In this document: piece after piece, positions 37,779 to 48,013 of the stretch | Layout of the letters: each line of letters begins with the position of its first letter | Numbering within the stretch: the first letter of the stretch is position 1 | Origin: a virus | Virus record (IMG/VR): IMGVR_UViG_3300050343_000145 | Span: 3,217 to 67,216 of that record | Length of the DNA: 64,000 nucleotides | Direction: 5' to 3' (one strand) | Position numbers and translations under genes: made by a program | Notes under the pieces: model-generated | Told to the model about the DNA's origin: nothing | The model's database searches: none | The model's input: only the letters and a program-made list of their open reading frames with translations

Positions 37779-39091
37779 ATGGCAAACAACAATGTAGCGT
37801 TTAGCGGCCCAGCGGCTGCTAGTATAATTAGCCCAAGTGCAGTAAAATCAGCACTCGCGTCTAATTACTTAAATTTTCATGGTGCAGGTGGATCTAACTG
37901 GTCTCAGCAATATTTACCTGAACTATATGAACAAGAAGTAGAAAGATATGGAAATAGAACTGTATCTTCTTTCTTAAGAATGGTAGGTGCAGAAATGCCT
38001 ATGGCTTCTGATCAAGTTATTTGGTCTGAGCAAGGTAGATTACACCTAGCATACAACGCGGTTGTAGACTGTACAGATGGTTCTGTAGGTACAATCACGG
38101 GTATTGATTCAGGTGCAGCTGAGGCTCACGCTGTAAGAAAAGGAGCAACTATCGTAGCTTCTATTACAGGTAACTCAAGTGCAGCAACTGAAGTAGTAAA
38201 ATGTTATGTAACAGCTGGTATTGAAGCTTCAACTTCTGCGTTAACTATCAAGCCTTACGGCGGAGCTAACTTAGAGGATATTGGATCTTTAATGTAAACG
38301 GTTCTGACACTGCTCAGATCGGTTGGGTAGAAGTTGCTACTGAAGATGGAACTGGTGGATACTTATGGTATTTAAAAGCTGAGTCTGAAACAAGACTTAG
38401 ATTTGAAGATTACTTAGAAATGGCAATGGTTGAAGGTGAACTTAATTCAGCTGGTGTTGTGCCTGCTGCTCAAGGTGGTACTCAAGGTTTATTTGCTGCT
38501 ATCCAAGATAGAGGTAACGTAGAAGTAGGATTTACTGCTGCTGCTGGGTTAGACGCTTTTGATGCAATTCTTAAAAACTTAGATACTCAAGGAGCTATTG
38601 AAGAAAACATGTTATTCTTGAACAGATCTACTCTCTTGATTTTGACGATATGTTAGCTTCTATTTCTGGTGGATTCGCTGGAGGTACTGCTTTTGGATTA
38701 TTTGAAAACTCTGAAGAAATGGCTTTAAACTTAGGTTTCTCTGGTTTCAGAAGAGGTTCTTATGACTTCTACAAAACTGACTGGAAATACTTAAACGATG
38801 CTTCTACTCGTGGAGGATTAGTTGGACCTGCAATCTATTGAAGGTGTATTAGTACCAGCTGGAACTTCTACAGTATACGATCAAATCTTAGGAACAAACA
38901 TTAGAAGACCATTCTTACACGTACGTTATAGAGCTTCACAAGCTGATGACAGAAGAATGAAGTCTTGGTTAACTGGTTCTGTAGGTGGTGCTTTCACTTC
39001 ATCTTTAGATGCAATGGAAGTAAACTTCTTATCAGAAAGATGTTTAGTAACTCAAGCTGCTAATAACTTTGTATTATTCAAAGGAATCTAA
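37779..39091 (+). CDS. Major capsid protein (broken in this assembly)
   Basis: 37779..38297 (QQYLPELYEQEVERYGNR...WSEQGRLH), then VNGSDTAQIGWVEV...FEDYLEMAMVEGE and track fragments 38420, 38650, 38822; Ala/Gly-rich; followed by a terminator. Confidence 0.85.
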
Positions 39092-39105
39092 TTGATTCAA
39101 CAAAT

Positions 39106-39146
39106 GTAATTCTTACCCTCGTTGTAACTACGGGGGTAATTATTAC
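39106..39146 (+). terminator. Hairpin after capsid gene
   Basis: TTACCCTCGT-loop-ACGGGGGTAA, extended by GTAAT/ATTAC; weak U-tract. Confidence 0.7.
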
Positions 39147-39175
39147 TCTTATAAATTATTTAATTATATTATATC

Positions 39176-39897
39176 ATGGCAAAACAAAAAAGATAGGGTT
39201 TATGAATTAAAACTAAATAAAACACCTATTGTATACATATTAAAAAGCAGAGGATTAATGTGGTTTGACGAAGAAATGGGGTATGAAAGAGAAATTAAAT
39301 ATTGTGAAAATCAAAAAACAGTATTTCAAGACGCAATGAAAGGTCCAGAAAGACTGAGTCATATTATTTTTAGAGATGGGCAATTGTATGTCCCAAAAGA
39401 AAAACAAATATTACAAAAATTTCTTTCATTATATCACCCTTGGAATGGTTCTAAATTTATAGAATACAATCCAGTACAAATAGCTGAAAATGATATTGAT
39501 TATCTTGAATCTGAAATTGAAGCATTAAATGCAGCTCAAGCTATTGAAATTGATCATGCAGAAGCAATAATGAGAACAGAATTGGGATCTAAAGTATCTA
39601 AGATGACTTCTAAGGAGCTTAAAAGAGATTTATTACTATTTGCTCGAAGTAACCCAAAATTATTCTTAGAATTGGCAAATGACGATAATATTAATATTAG
39701 AAATATTGGTATTAAAGCTGTTGAAATGAAGATTATTAAAATTATCAAATGATCAAAGAACATTTACTTGGGGATCAACCGGTAGAAAATTAATTACAGT
39801 TCCATTTGATGAAAATCCATATTCAGCTTTAGCAGCATACTTTAAAACTGATGAAGGTATTGAAGTATATCAAACTATTGAAAAGAAATTAAAGTAA
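39176..39897 (+). CDS. Conserved virion-module protein (frameshifted)
   Basis: ATG at 39176; track ORF 39258..39752 continues in another frame as DQRTFTWGSTGRKLITVPFDENPYSALAAYFKTDEGIEVYQTIEKKLK. Confidence 0.7.
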
Positions 39898-39905
39898 GCA
39901 ATTGT

Positions 39906-39938
39906 AGGTAAGGGCCTACTATTGTGGGCCTTTAACCT
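39906..39938 (+). terminator. Intergenic hairpin
   Basis: AAGGGCCTAC-TATT-GTGGGCCTTT, flanked by AGGT/ACCT. Confidence 0.65.
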
Positions 39939-39952
39939 ATAATAAACATATA

Positions 39953-40645
39953 ATGAGCGTAAACGTAAACACAGTATACCAAAGAGTATTAGCTATAACA
40001 AACAAAGAGCAACGAGGTTATATTACGCCTCAGGAATTTAATTATCTTGCAAATCAAGCTCAGATGGATATATTTGAGCAGTATTTTTATGACATTAATC
40101 AGTTTAGTAGAATACCCGGTAATGATACTGAGTATTCTGATATGCTGGATATGTTAGAAAAAAAATTAAGTTTATTTGAAAAAACAAATCAAACTGTAAC
40201 AAGCGGAACAACTCTACCAAGCGATCTATATAGGTTAGGTAGTGTTATCTTCAACAATGCTGTAGCTGAACTTGTTAGCCAAAAAGACTGGCTGTACATA
40301 AAATCTTCTCCTTTAGCTCAGCCCACAAATGATTTTCCAGTATATACTAAAGACGTAGAAGGTATAGAGGTATATGGTAAAAACAATAGTGGAAGCATTG
40401 AACAAAAAACATCAAACGTTACTTGTAATTATACAAAGATACCTAATGAAGTTTCATGGGGTTATAATTCCGTAACTGGTACCTACGATGCAAGCAACTC
40501 TGTTGATTTTGAATTGCATAATTCTGAAGAAACAGATTTAGTTATAAAAATATTAGCATTAGCGGGAGTAATACTTAAAGATAATTCTTTATACGGTATT
40601 GCAAGCGGTGAAGATGTTAAAAGTATTCAACAAGAAAAATCATAA
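39953..40645 (+). CDS. Tail ring / head-tail adaptor protein
   Basis: NKEQRGYITPQEFNYLANQAQ motif; position after capsid. Confidence 0.65.
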   Translation: MSVNVNTVYQRVLAITNKEQRGYITPQEFNYLANQAQMDIFEQYFYDINQFSRIPGNDTEYSDMLDMLEKKLSLFEKTNQTVTSGTTLPSDLYRLGSVIFNNAVAELVSQKDWLYIKSSPLAQPTNDFPVYTKDVEGIEVYGKNNSGSIEQKTSNVTCNYTKIPNEVSWGYNSVTGTYDASNSVDFELHNSEETDLVIKILALAGVILKDNSLYGIASGEDVKSIQQEKS

Positions 40646-40648
40646 TAA

Positions 40649-41532
40649 ATGGGATTAATTAATCAAACACAACAAGCATATTACGAAGGCAACGATTTTG
40701 GAGGCTATCAGTTTATATCACTAAAAGATATTGTAAATAATTTTATGCTATCTTATGTTGGTGAGGAAAAAATAATTCCTAAAATTAAAAGAAATAATAT
40801 TAGTTTTTATGCTCAAAGAGCATTACAAGAATTAAGTTACGACACTTTTAGAATTGAGAAGTCTCAAGAAAATTGAAATTCCACCCACTTTGGCAATGGT
40901 TTTACCACAAGATTACGTAAATTATGTTAAAGTAAGCTGGACAGATACAAGTGGCGTTGAGCACCCCTGTATATCCTACAACAAGTACTAGTAATCCAGA
41001 AGCAATATTACAAGACGACCAATATAATTATACGTTTGATGCAGATGGCAACTTATTAAAAGCTAATGAGTCTGAAACGTGGTCCAAATACAAACAACAA
41101 AATACTGATACTGACGTTGTAAATGATTTTTATTTAGAAGATAATAGAAGCTTTCAAACATTAAATGGACAAAGATACGGTTCGGACCCTCAGCATATGA
41201 ATTCAAATGGTTCTTTTTATATAGATCCATTAAAATCTAGAATACATTTTTCTGGTAATTTAACAGATAAAATTGTAACATTAAAATACATAAGCGATGG
41301 CTTAGGAACAGACGCTGAAATGAAAGTGCATAAGTTAGCGGAAGAAGCAATGTACAAGTGTATAGCATATTATGTATTAGAATCAAGAGCAAATACTCCC
41401 GAGTATTTAGTTATGAGATATAGAAAAGATAAGTTTGCTTCAGTTAGAAAAGCAAAACTTAGGTTATCAAACATAAAACTTTCCGAGCTTACACAAACAT
41501 TAAGAGGTAAATCAAAACATCTAAAACACTAG
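40649..41532 (+). CDS. Tail tubular/ring protein (frameshifted at ~40870-40975)
   Basis: RALQELSYD then, in another frame, EIPPTLAMVLPQDYVNYVKVSW, then track ORF 40951..41532 (LKYISDG...AEEAMY). Confidence 0.7.
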
Positions 41533-41535
41533 AAT

Positions 41536-44500
41536 ATGCCTGAAATCAAAAACGCTTTCATAAAAGGTAAAATGAATAAAGACCTTGATGAGAGATTAGT
41601 TCCTAATGGTGAATATAGAGATGCATTAAACATTGACGTTGATTATTCAGAGGGCAGTGATGCTGGTGCATTAAAAAATGTTTTAGGCAATATCGCAGTA
41701 GGCTCAATTCCAGGAAGCGGGGAAGATATTATTTCTACGGGGTATTGCATTGGAAACGTTAAGGATACTAAAGAAAATAAAATATATTGGTTAATACAAG
41801 ATAATTTATTCACACACCCTATAAACGGAACATATGAAAATAGAGATATAATAGCCGAATATGATATTGAAACAAACACTTTATCACCTGTATTAATAGA
41901 TTTCGAGGCTAATGCATTAAACTTTAATAGATCATTTTTAGTTACCGGCATAAATATATTAGACGGTGTATTGTACTTTACAGATGGTTTAAATGAGCCT
42001 AAACAAATCGATGTTGAATACTGGAAGACTCAAACTTCAAATTTTTATACCGACACAACAGGACTAACGGAAGAAAGAATTACTGTTATTAAAAAATCAC
42101 CACTACAAGCGCCAACTTTAGATATGGACAGCTCTACAAGGGGTGGGAATGGAACACAAGGAAATACAAATGTTTATGTTAATTTAAATTTATCTGACGG
42201 CGGCGGCCAAGCTACTGCTCTTGATAATTCTTTAGATTCTGGTGATGATATAGTAGGCACATTTTCTTTATCGCCAAACTATAAGCCAGGAGATATAATT
42301 ATATTAACGCACTCGTTTACAGATCCTGCTAGCAACGAAGAAACCAAACTTGAGGCTAGAATATTATTAAAATCTACTTATACAGTACAAGCTACATTTT
42401 TTCAATCAGAACTTTTAACAATAAGTGAAACTGTGCCAGGCGGTATTGTTCAATGGCAAGCAATATTAGAAGAAGATGAGCCTTTATTTGAGTTAAAATT
42501 TCCACTATTTTCATACCGATATAAATATAACAATGGCCAATATAGCTGTTTTGCTCCTTTTTCTAAAGCTGCATTTTTACCAGATTCAAATAAAATAGGT
42601 GAAAATTTTGAATACGATTCAAAGAATGGTTATAATGTAGGAATGACAAACACATTAAGACAATTAGAATTACAAGGATTAAACCATAATATCAGTGTCG
42701 ATGTTGATGAGGTGGATGTGTTATATAAGGAGTCTAATAGTAATAATATATACATTGTAGATACAATCAAAAAAGTAAACGGCACATTAGCTAGCATATT
42801 TAAAATAAAAGACGAACAAATATTTAAAACAGTTGAAGCTAATCAATTGTTGAGGTTATTTGATAGTGTGCCTAAAAAAGCGCAAACACAAGAAATATCT
42901 GCAAACAGAATTATATATGGTAATTACACACATCAATTTGATTTACCAAATGAAAACCCGTTATTTGATGTAAAGCTTAAAAATAGATATAACCCTAGTG
43001 ACGCTACATATGCCGAAGACAAAAAACAAATGTTGTCTATTAAATCTAATAGAACATATCAGTTAGGTGTTGTATATATAGATAAATATGGCAGACAAAC
43101 ACCAATATTAACGGACAAGTCTGGGATCATTAAAGTTCCATTTAATCAAGCAAAAAACAAAACACAATTCAAAGTTAGTGTTACTAACGGTGGGGCAAGT
43201 GGTTTTGAAAATTATAAATACTTTGTAAAAGAAATATCTTCAACGACATACAATTTATGTGCCGACAGTTTTTATCAAGATGATGAAGGCGCAATATATA
43301 TATCTTTCCCTTCTTCTGAAATTAATAAAGTCAAAGAAGAGGATATATTATTATTAAAGAAAAAGGCTGGTAATAATTTAAGTGAAGATGGAACTAAATT
43401 TAAAGTTTTAGATAAACTTAACGCGGTGCCTGATTTTCTTGCTAAACCGCTCAGCGCAGACTATGTACCCGAGTATTTCAATTTTGGCAGACAATTTAAT
43501 AGAGACAGTGGATATGCCGAACAACCAACTGCAGCAGAAAGAGATGGTGGTTATATGGGTACAAATGCATCACAATCTGGCGGTAAAGCTTGGTTTTTAG
43601 AGCCAGGATCAACGCCGGTTCCAAATCACAACTCTATTATAATAAGAGATATGTTTAATGTTGGCGATGTGCAAATTGCTGACGCAAGTTCTCAATATAC
43701 CTCAGAATTCAATGGTATTTCTGCTGAAGCTAGAAGCGCAATGAAACCGGGGTCGAAAATAAGATGGAATGTTGGTGGTGCACAAACAAAAGTTTATACT
43801 GTAAAATCATTTCAAATTGGTACTGGACCCTCAAGCACGTCTCATGACGACGCAGAAGTAACCTTCGAAGAAGAATTTGGTGAAGATGTATTAGTGTTAT
43901 ATGATGAACAAGATTACGAAGACAATCCAAGAATAGCTGTTTTAGCGCAAGGTATAACTATAGAAACATTAAAGACTAAAGACGAGAGCGGCAAAGCTGA
44001 ATTTGCAGGTAAGTTTTTCTTAAAATTACAAGCTTCTTCAAATTTATTAAACGAATTAGTTGACACAACAAACACAGATCAATTAGTAGCAAGATCATCA
44101 ATTAGATTTGATGGTTATGATGATGGTAATTTTAGAAATGATGAAAGTAACAGTTATAGACAGTTCTTTATTGCGTATGGAGGTAAAGCGGGAACAGATT
44201 CCTCACAATTGTCCTCTTTGTCAAGACCGCTTAATCAAGGTGGATGGGCCCACTCAACTGCTGGTTTAAATTTACCTGCAAACTGGGAAGATGATGGTTA
44301 TCATTTTGTTTTACAAACCGAAAGAAAATTAAATGACGCTGACAGTAATTATGGCAGTCACCCTTTTATAAAAAATTTAAAAGAAGGTAACTACATACGA
44401 TTTAGTGGTTTTAAATACAGCGGCACCACTAGATGGTTTGATGAAAAATATTACAAAATAAAAAAGATATTAAAAAGAAATTACACCGGGAGTGGAGATG

Positions 44501-46170
44501 ATAATAATAATAGATTGTTCTTTATAAAGTTAGATCAAGCTTTAGATTATGATTTAACATTCCGCGATCAATCAAGTCAACAAAGCACCATTGGTAGAGG
44601 GTATTCGTATGCAACTGTTTTTGATTTTGATACGAATAAATCAATAAATATAATTAATCCACCTATATTTGAAGTGGAACCTCAGGATGATGTAGACATC
44701 GATATATATTATGAAACTCAAGAAGTATTTCCCATGAGTGGATTGTCTACTGCAAAAAATTTAGAATACCATAACTGTTATAGTTTTGGCAATGGTGTTG
44801 AATCTTTTGTTATAAGAGATGACTACAATGCTCCTGTATTAGGAAAAGGTGTTCGTGTTTCGACTGTATTTGAAGATAACTACCAAGAAGAAAATTTAAA
44901 ATCTGGGTTAATATACTCACAAGTATATAATGGTAAAACAGGTATTAATAGATTAAACCAATTTATTATAGCTGATAAAATTACAAAAGATTTAAATCCC
45001 GAATACGGAAGTATACAGAAGTTACACGGCAGAAATACTGACTTGTTGGCATTATGTGAAGATAAAATTGTAAAAATATTAGCAAATAAAGACGCTGTAT
45101 TTAATGCAGATGGTAATCCTCAATTAATTGCAAGCAATAGAGTGCTTGGGCAAGCTATTATACCCGCAACATTTGGATCATACGGTTGCCAAAACCCCGA
45201 AAGTTTTGTGGAGTTTACATATAGATCCTACTTTGTAGATAAAGTAAGGGGATGTGTATTAAGGTTGTCAGCAGATGGAATTACTGAAGTTTCAAACTAC
45301 GGAATGAAAGATTATTTTAAAGATAATTTAAGAGCACAGGTTTCAAACTCTAATTATGGTAGAATATTTGGAACATACGACGAAGTCAAAAATCAATATA
45401 ATGTTTCGTTACCTACAGGTGTTACAACTACAGTTTCTTATTCTGAGTCAATAAACGGTTGGGTTAGTAGAAAAAGTTTTATACCAGAAGGCGGATTAAG
45501 CATAAACAATAAATATTACACATTTAAAAACGGTAGTTTATATGAGCACCATAGTGAGTCAGGAGTAAGGAATACTTTTTATGGGATAAAAACAAACCCA
45601 GAGGTTACGTTTTTATTTAATGAGGTGCCCGCGAATGTTAAAAATTTTAGAACATTAAATTACGAGGGAGATGAAGGTTGGACATGCACAAGTATAATTA
45701 CCGAAAAGCAAGACGGGTCTGTTCCTTCGTTTGTTGAAAAAGAAGGTAAATATTATAACTATATATCCGGTGTTACCGAAAATGAAAATACTATAGATAC
45801 AAAAGCTTTGAATGTACAGGGGCTAGGTAGCTTAGCTTCACAAACAACAAATAGCGGAAATAGAATATTCACATTCAATTTTAATTTAAATAGTGATTTA
45901 CAAATTGGTGATAATTTATATTATGTAGATTCATCAAGTAATAAACAAGATTTAGGTAAAATAACAGCAATAAATAAAGTTAACAAAACAATCACTATTG
46001 CAGATGGCTCAGAAGTCCCTCAAGCATCCGCTTACATGTTTTACAGCAAGGACGCTAAGTTTAACACATCTGGTATTTTAGGATACTATGCAGAAACAAA
46101 AATGACAAACACATCTACAGATTTTAAAGAGCTTTACTCAGTTGGTTCTGAAATTAGTATAAGTAGTTAA
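41536..46170 (+). CDS. Tail stabilisation/nozzle protein (P22 gp10 / crAss muzzle-like)
   Basis: N-terminal GKMNKDLDERLVPNGEYRDALNI, LYFTDGLNEPK, YGCQNPESF; beta-propeller-like C-half. Confidence 0.8.
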   Translation: MPEIKNAFIKGKMNKDLDERLVPNGEYRDALNIDVDYSEGSDAGALKNVLGNIAVGSIPGSGEDIISTGYCIGNVKDTKENKIYWLIQDNLFTHPINGTYENRDIIAEYDIETNTLSPVLIDFEANALNFNRSFLVTGINILDGVLYFTDGLNEPKQIDVEYWKTQTSNFYTDTTGLTEERITVIKKSPLQAPTLDMDSSTRGGNGTQGNTNVYVNLNLSDGGGQATALDNSLDSGDDIVGTFSLSPNYKPGDIIILTHSFTDPASNEETKLEARILLKSTYTVQATFFQSELLTISETVPGGIVQWQAILEEDEPLFELKFPLFSYRYKYNNGQYSCFAPFSKAAFLPDSNKIGENFEYDSKNGYNVGMTNTLRQLELQGLNHNISVDVDEVDVLYKESNSNNIYIVDTIKKVNGTLASIFKIKDEQIFKTVEANQLLRLFDSVPKKAQTQEISANRIIYGNYTHQFDLPNENPLFDVKLKNRYNPSDATYAEDKKQMLSIKSNRTYQLGVVYIDKYGRQTPILTDKSGIIKVPFNQAKNKTQFKVSVTNGGASGFENYKYFVKEISSTTYNLCADSFYQDDEGAIYISFPSSEINKVKEEDILLLKKKAGNNLSEDGTKFKVLDKLNAVPDFLAKPLSADYVPEYFNFGRQFNRDSGYAEQPTAAERDGGYMGTNASQSGGKAWFLEPGSTPVPNHNSIIIRDMFNVGDVQIADASSQYTSEFNGISAEARSAMKPGSKIRWNVGGAQTKVYTVKSFQIGTGPSSTSHDDAEVTFEEEFGEDVLVLYDEQDYEDNPRIAVLAQGITIETLKTKDESGKAEFAGKFFLKLQASSNLLNELVDTTNTDQLVARSSIRFDGYDDGNFRNDESNSYRQFFIAYGGKAGTDSSQLSSLSRPLNQGGWAHSTAGLNLPANWEDDGYHFVLQTERKLNDADSNYGSHPFIKNLKEGNYIRFSGFKYSGTTRWFDEKYYKIKKILKRNYTGSGDDNNNRLFFIKLDQALDYDLTFRDQSSQQSTIGRGYSYATVFDFDTNKSINIINPPIFEVEPQDDVDIDIYYETQEVFPMSGLSTAKNLEYHNCYSFGNGVESFVIRDDYNAPVLGKGVRVSTVFEDNYQEENLKSGLIYSQVYNGKTGINRLNQFIIADKITKDLNPEYGSIQKLHGRNTDLLALCEDKIVKILANKDAVFNADGNPQLIASNRVLGQAIIPATFGSYGCQNPESFVEFTYRSYFVDKVRGCVLRLSADGITEVSNYGMKDYFKDNLRAQVSNSNYGRIFGTYDEVKNQYNVSLPTGVTTTVSYSESINGWVSRKSFIPEGGLSINNKYYTFKNGSLYEHHSESGVRNTFYGIKTNPEVTFLFNEVPANVKNFRTLNYEGDEGWTCTSIITEKQDGSVPSFVEKEGKYYNYISGVTENENTIDTKALNVQGLGSLASQTTNSGNRIFTFNFNLNSDLQIGDNLYYVDSSSNKQDLGKITAINKVNKTITIADGSEVPQASAYMFYSKDAKFNTSGILGYYAETKMTNTSTDFKELYSVGSEISISS

Positions 46171-46201
46171 TGTGTAATTATAATATATAAATAAAGAAAT
46201 T

Positions 46202-46855
46202 ATGGCAGTACCAGTAATGGCAGCAGCAGCGGCAGCGCAAGCAGTCGGTGGTGTAATAAAAACAGTGGGTTCCCTTTTTGGAGGAGGCAAAAGAAGAAGA
46301 GAGCAAAGAAGAGCGGCAGAGGAATTAGCTCAAAGAAAAGAAAAATATGAACAATTAGATACGTCTAATCCGTATGCTAATATAAGTAACCCATATGATA
46401 ATTTAACTGTTAATACACAAGCGGCAAATTTTGCAGCACAGCAAACCTCCCAAAATTCTGCAAATATTATGAGTGGTTTGGCAGCGGCGGCTGGCGGAAG
46501 TGGAATTGCGGCATTAGCTCAATCGATGGCTAATTCTCAAGCTCAAGCAACCCAACAAGCGGCTGCAGGCATCGCACAACAAGAATCACAAAATCAACAA
46601 TTAGCCGCAAGTGGCGAAATGAAAAGACAATCAATGATTGCTGCGGGCGAGTCCGTTTCTCAACAAAGAGAAGCCGATAAACAAGGCACATTGCTTGGAA
46701 TGGCGCAGCAAAGAAAATCAGCAGCAGATCAAGCAAGAGCAGAGGCAAAAGGACAGTTACTTGGTGGTATTGGTGATATAGCAGGGGCTGGTATAGCAGC
46801 CGGAGCAGCAGGGAAAGGGCCTTTAGCTGAATCAATGAAAACTTTTTTAGGATAA
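46202..46855 (+). CDS. Putative ejected internal virion protein (pilot-like)
   Basis: A/G/Q-rich with glycine-zipper-like ends. Confidence 0.7.
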   Translation: MAVPVMAAAAAAQAVGGVIKTVGSLFGGGKRRREQRRAAEELAQRKEKYEQLDTSNPYANISNPYDNLTVNTQAANFAAQQTSQNSANIMSGLAAAAGGSGIAALAQSMANSQAQATQQAAAGIAQQESQNQQLAASGEMKRQSMIAAGESVSQQREADKQGTLLGMAQQRKSAADQARAEAKGQLLGGIGDIAGAGIAAGAAGKGPLAESMKTFLG

Positions 46856-46856
46856 T

Positions 46857-48008
46857 ATGGCAACAAAGAAAACAAATCAAAGCGCGTCTATTAGAAACAG
46901 TTTAATAGCAGGAGCTGGAATGGCTGCAGATAAATTTACAGGTCTTAAAGATTTTAAAGTCAATGTAGGCGGTCTATTAGGTATGATGCAAAAAGAAGCC
47001 GCCAAAACAGAAAAGCTAAAGCAACAATCAGATTCTAAATTAGGATATATGCCAGATGTTACTAAAGTATCTGAAGGTGAAGCTCCTATAATGCAGCAAT
47101 ATTTTCAGCAGGGTAAAAATGAAATATTTGATCTTGATCAAGAATTAAAAATGACAGAGGATCCTGTTGCAAGACAGGAATTGTTAATGAAAAAAAGTCA
47201 AATAGAAAACAGTGCGAAAGCGGCTAATGGTTATTTAACAAACAAGGCTGAGTTAGCTAATGAATGGAGAGAAAATATAAAAAACGTTTCTTCCTCTATG
47301 GATCATACTACATATACAAATATTGATCTTGTATTAAATGGCCAAGCGGGTATTGATTACAACATTGAATTTAATGACTATTCGGGTAAGCCTACCTATG
47401 TGCTGTCTAACGGCACCAAATTAGCTCATGAGCAGTTAGATGATTTTTATTATAAAGATAGTAAAACTGCTTTAGCAGTTAATGATTATGCTGACACTTA
47501 TCTTAATAAGGGAAGGCAGAATGAGCCTTTAACTGATGCTGACGTAAATATATTAAAAACAAAACTAGGACAATCTGTAAATGACGAAGGAAGTCTTAAT
47601 TCTTTAATATCTGACAAATTAATTGAAGGTATGGATTTTGGACAAGCTGTTAAAGGATTAGGGCCTAATGCAACTTTTGAAGAAAAAAAAGAAAAAGTTG
47701 TAGATTATATTACAGAGCATTTGCGAAATGTGCACCAGAAAGGAAAAGAGGAATATGATAAAAAACAAAATTTAAATAATACCGGAATTACAAAATCAGT
47801 AGATGGTTCAATACCTTTTATTAGTACAAGAAATCAAGGGGATTTTGTTTGGTATGAAGAGCACAAAGGCTACGGTCCAGGCTTACCAGGCCCTACTGGC
47901 AAAGGCGTTATAAAAGACCCTGAGTTAACAAAAGACAAAACAATATCAGACCCTGATGCGTTAAATACAATGGCTGTTGGCCTTGGGGATATTAAATTTG
48001 GAAAATAA
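46857..48008 (+). CDS. Putative internal virion protein
   Basis: 383-aa helical ORF in the ejection-protein position. Confidence 0.65.
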   Translation: MATKKTNQSASIRNSLIAGAGMAADKFTGLKDFKVNVGGLLGMMQKEAAKTEKLKQQSDSKLGYMPDVTKVSEGEAPIMQQYFQQGKNEIFDLDQELKMTEDPVARQELLMKKSQIENSAKAANGYLTNKAELANEWRENIKNVSSSMDHTTYTNIDLVLNGQAGIDYNIEFNDYSGKPTYVLSNGTKLAHEQLDDFYYKDSKTALAVNDYADTYLNKGRQNEPLTDADVNILKTKLGQSVNDEGSLNSLISDKLIEGMDFGQAVKGLGPNATFEEKKEKVVDYITEHLRNVHQKGKEEYDKKQNLNNTGITKSVDGSIPFISTRNQGDFVWYEEHKGYGPGLPGPTGKGVIKDPELTKDKTISDPDALNTMAVGLGDIKFGK

Positions 48009-48013
48009 ATTTT

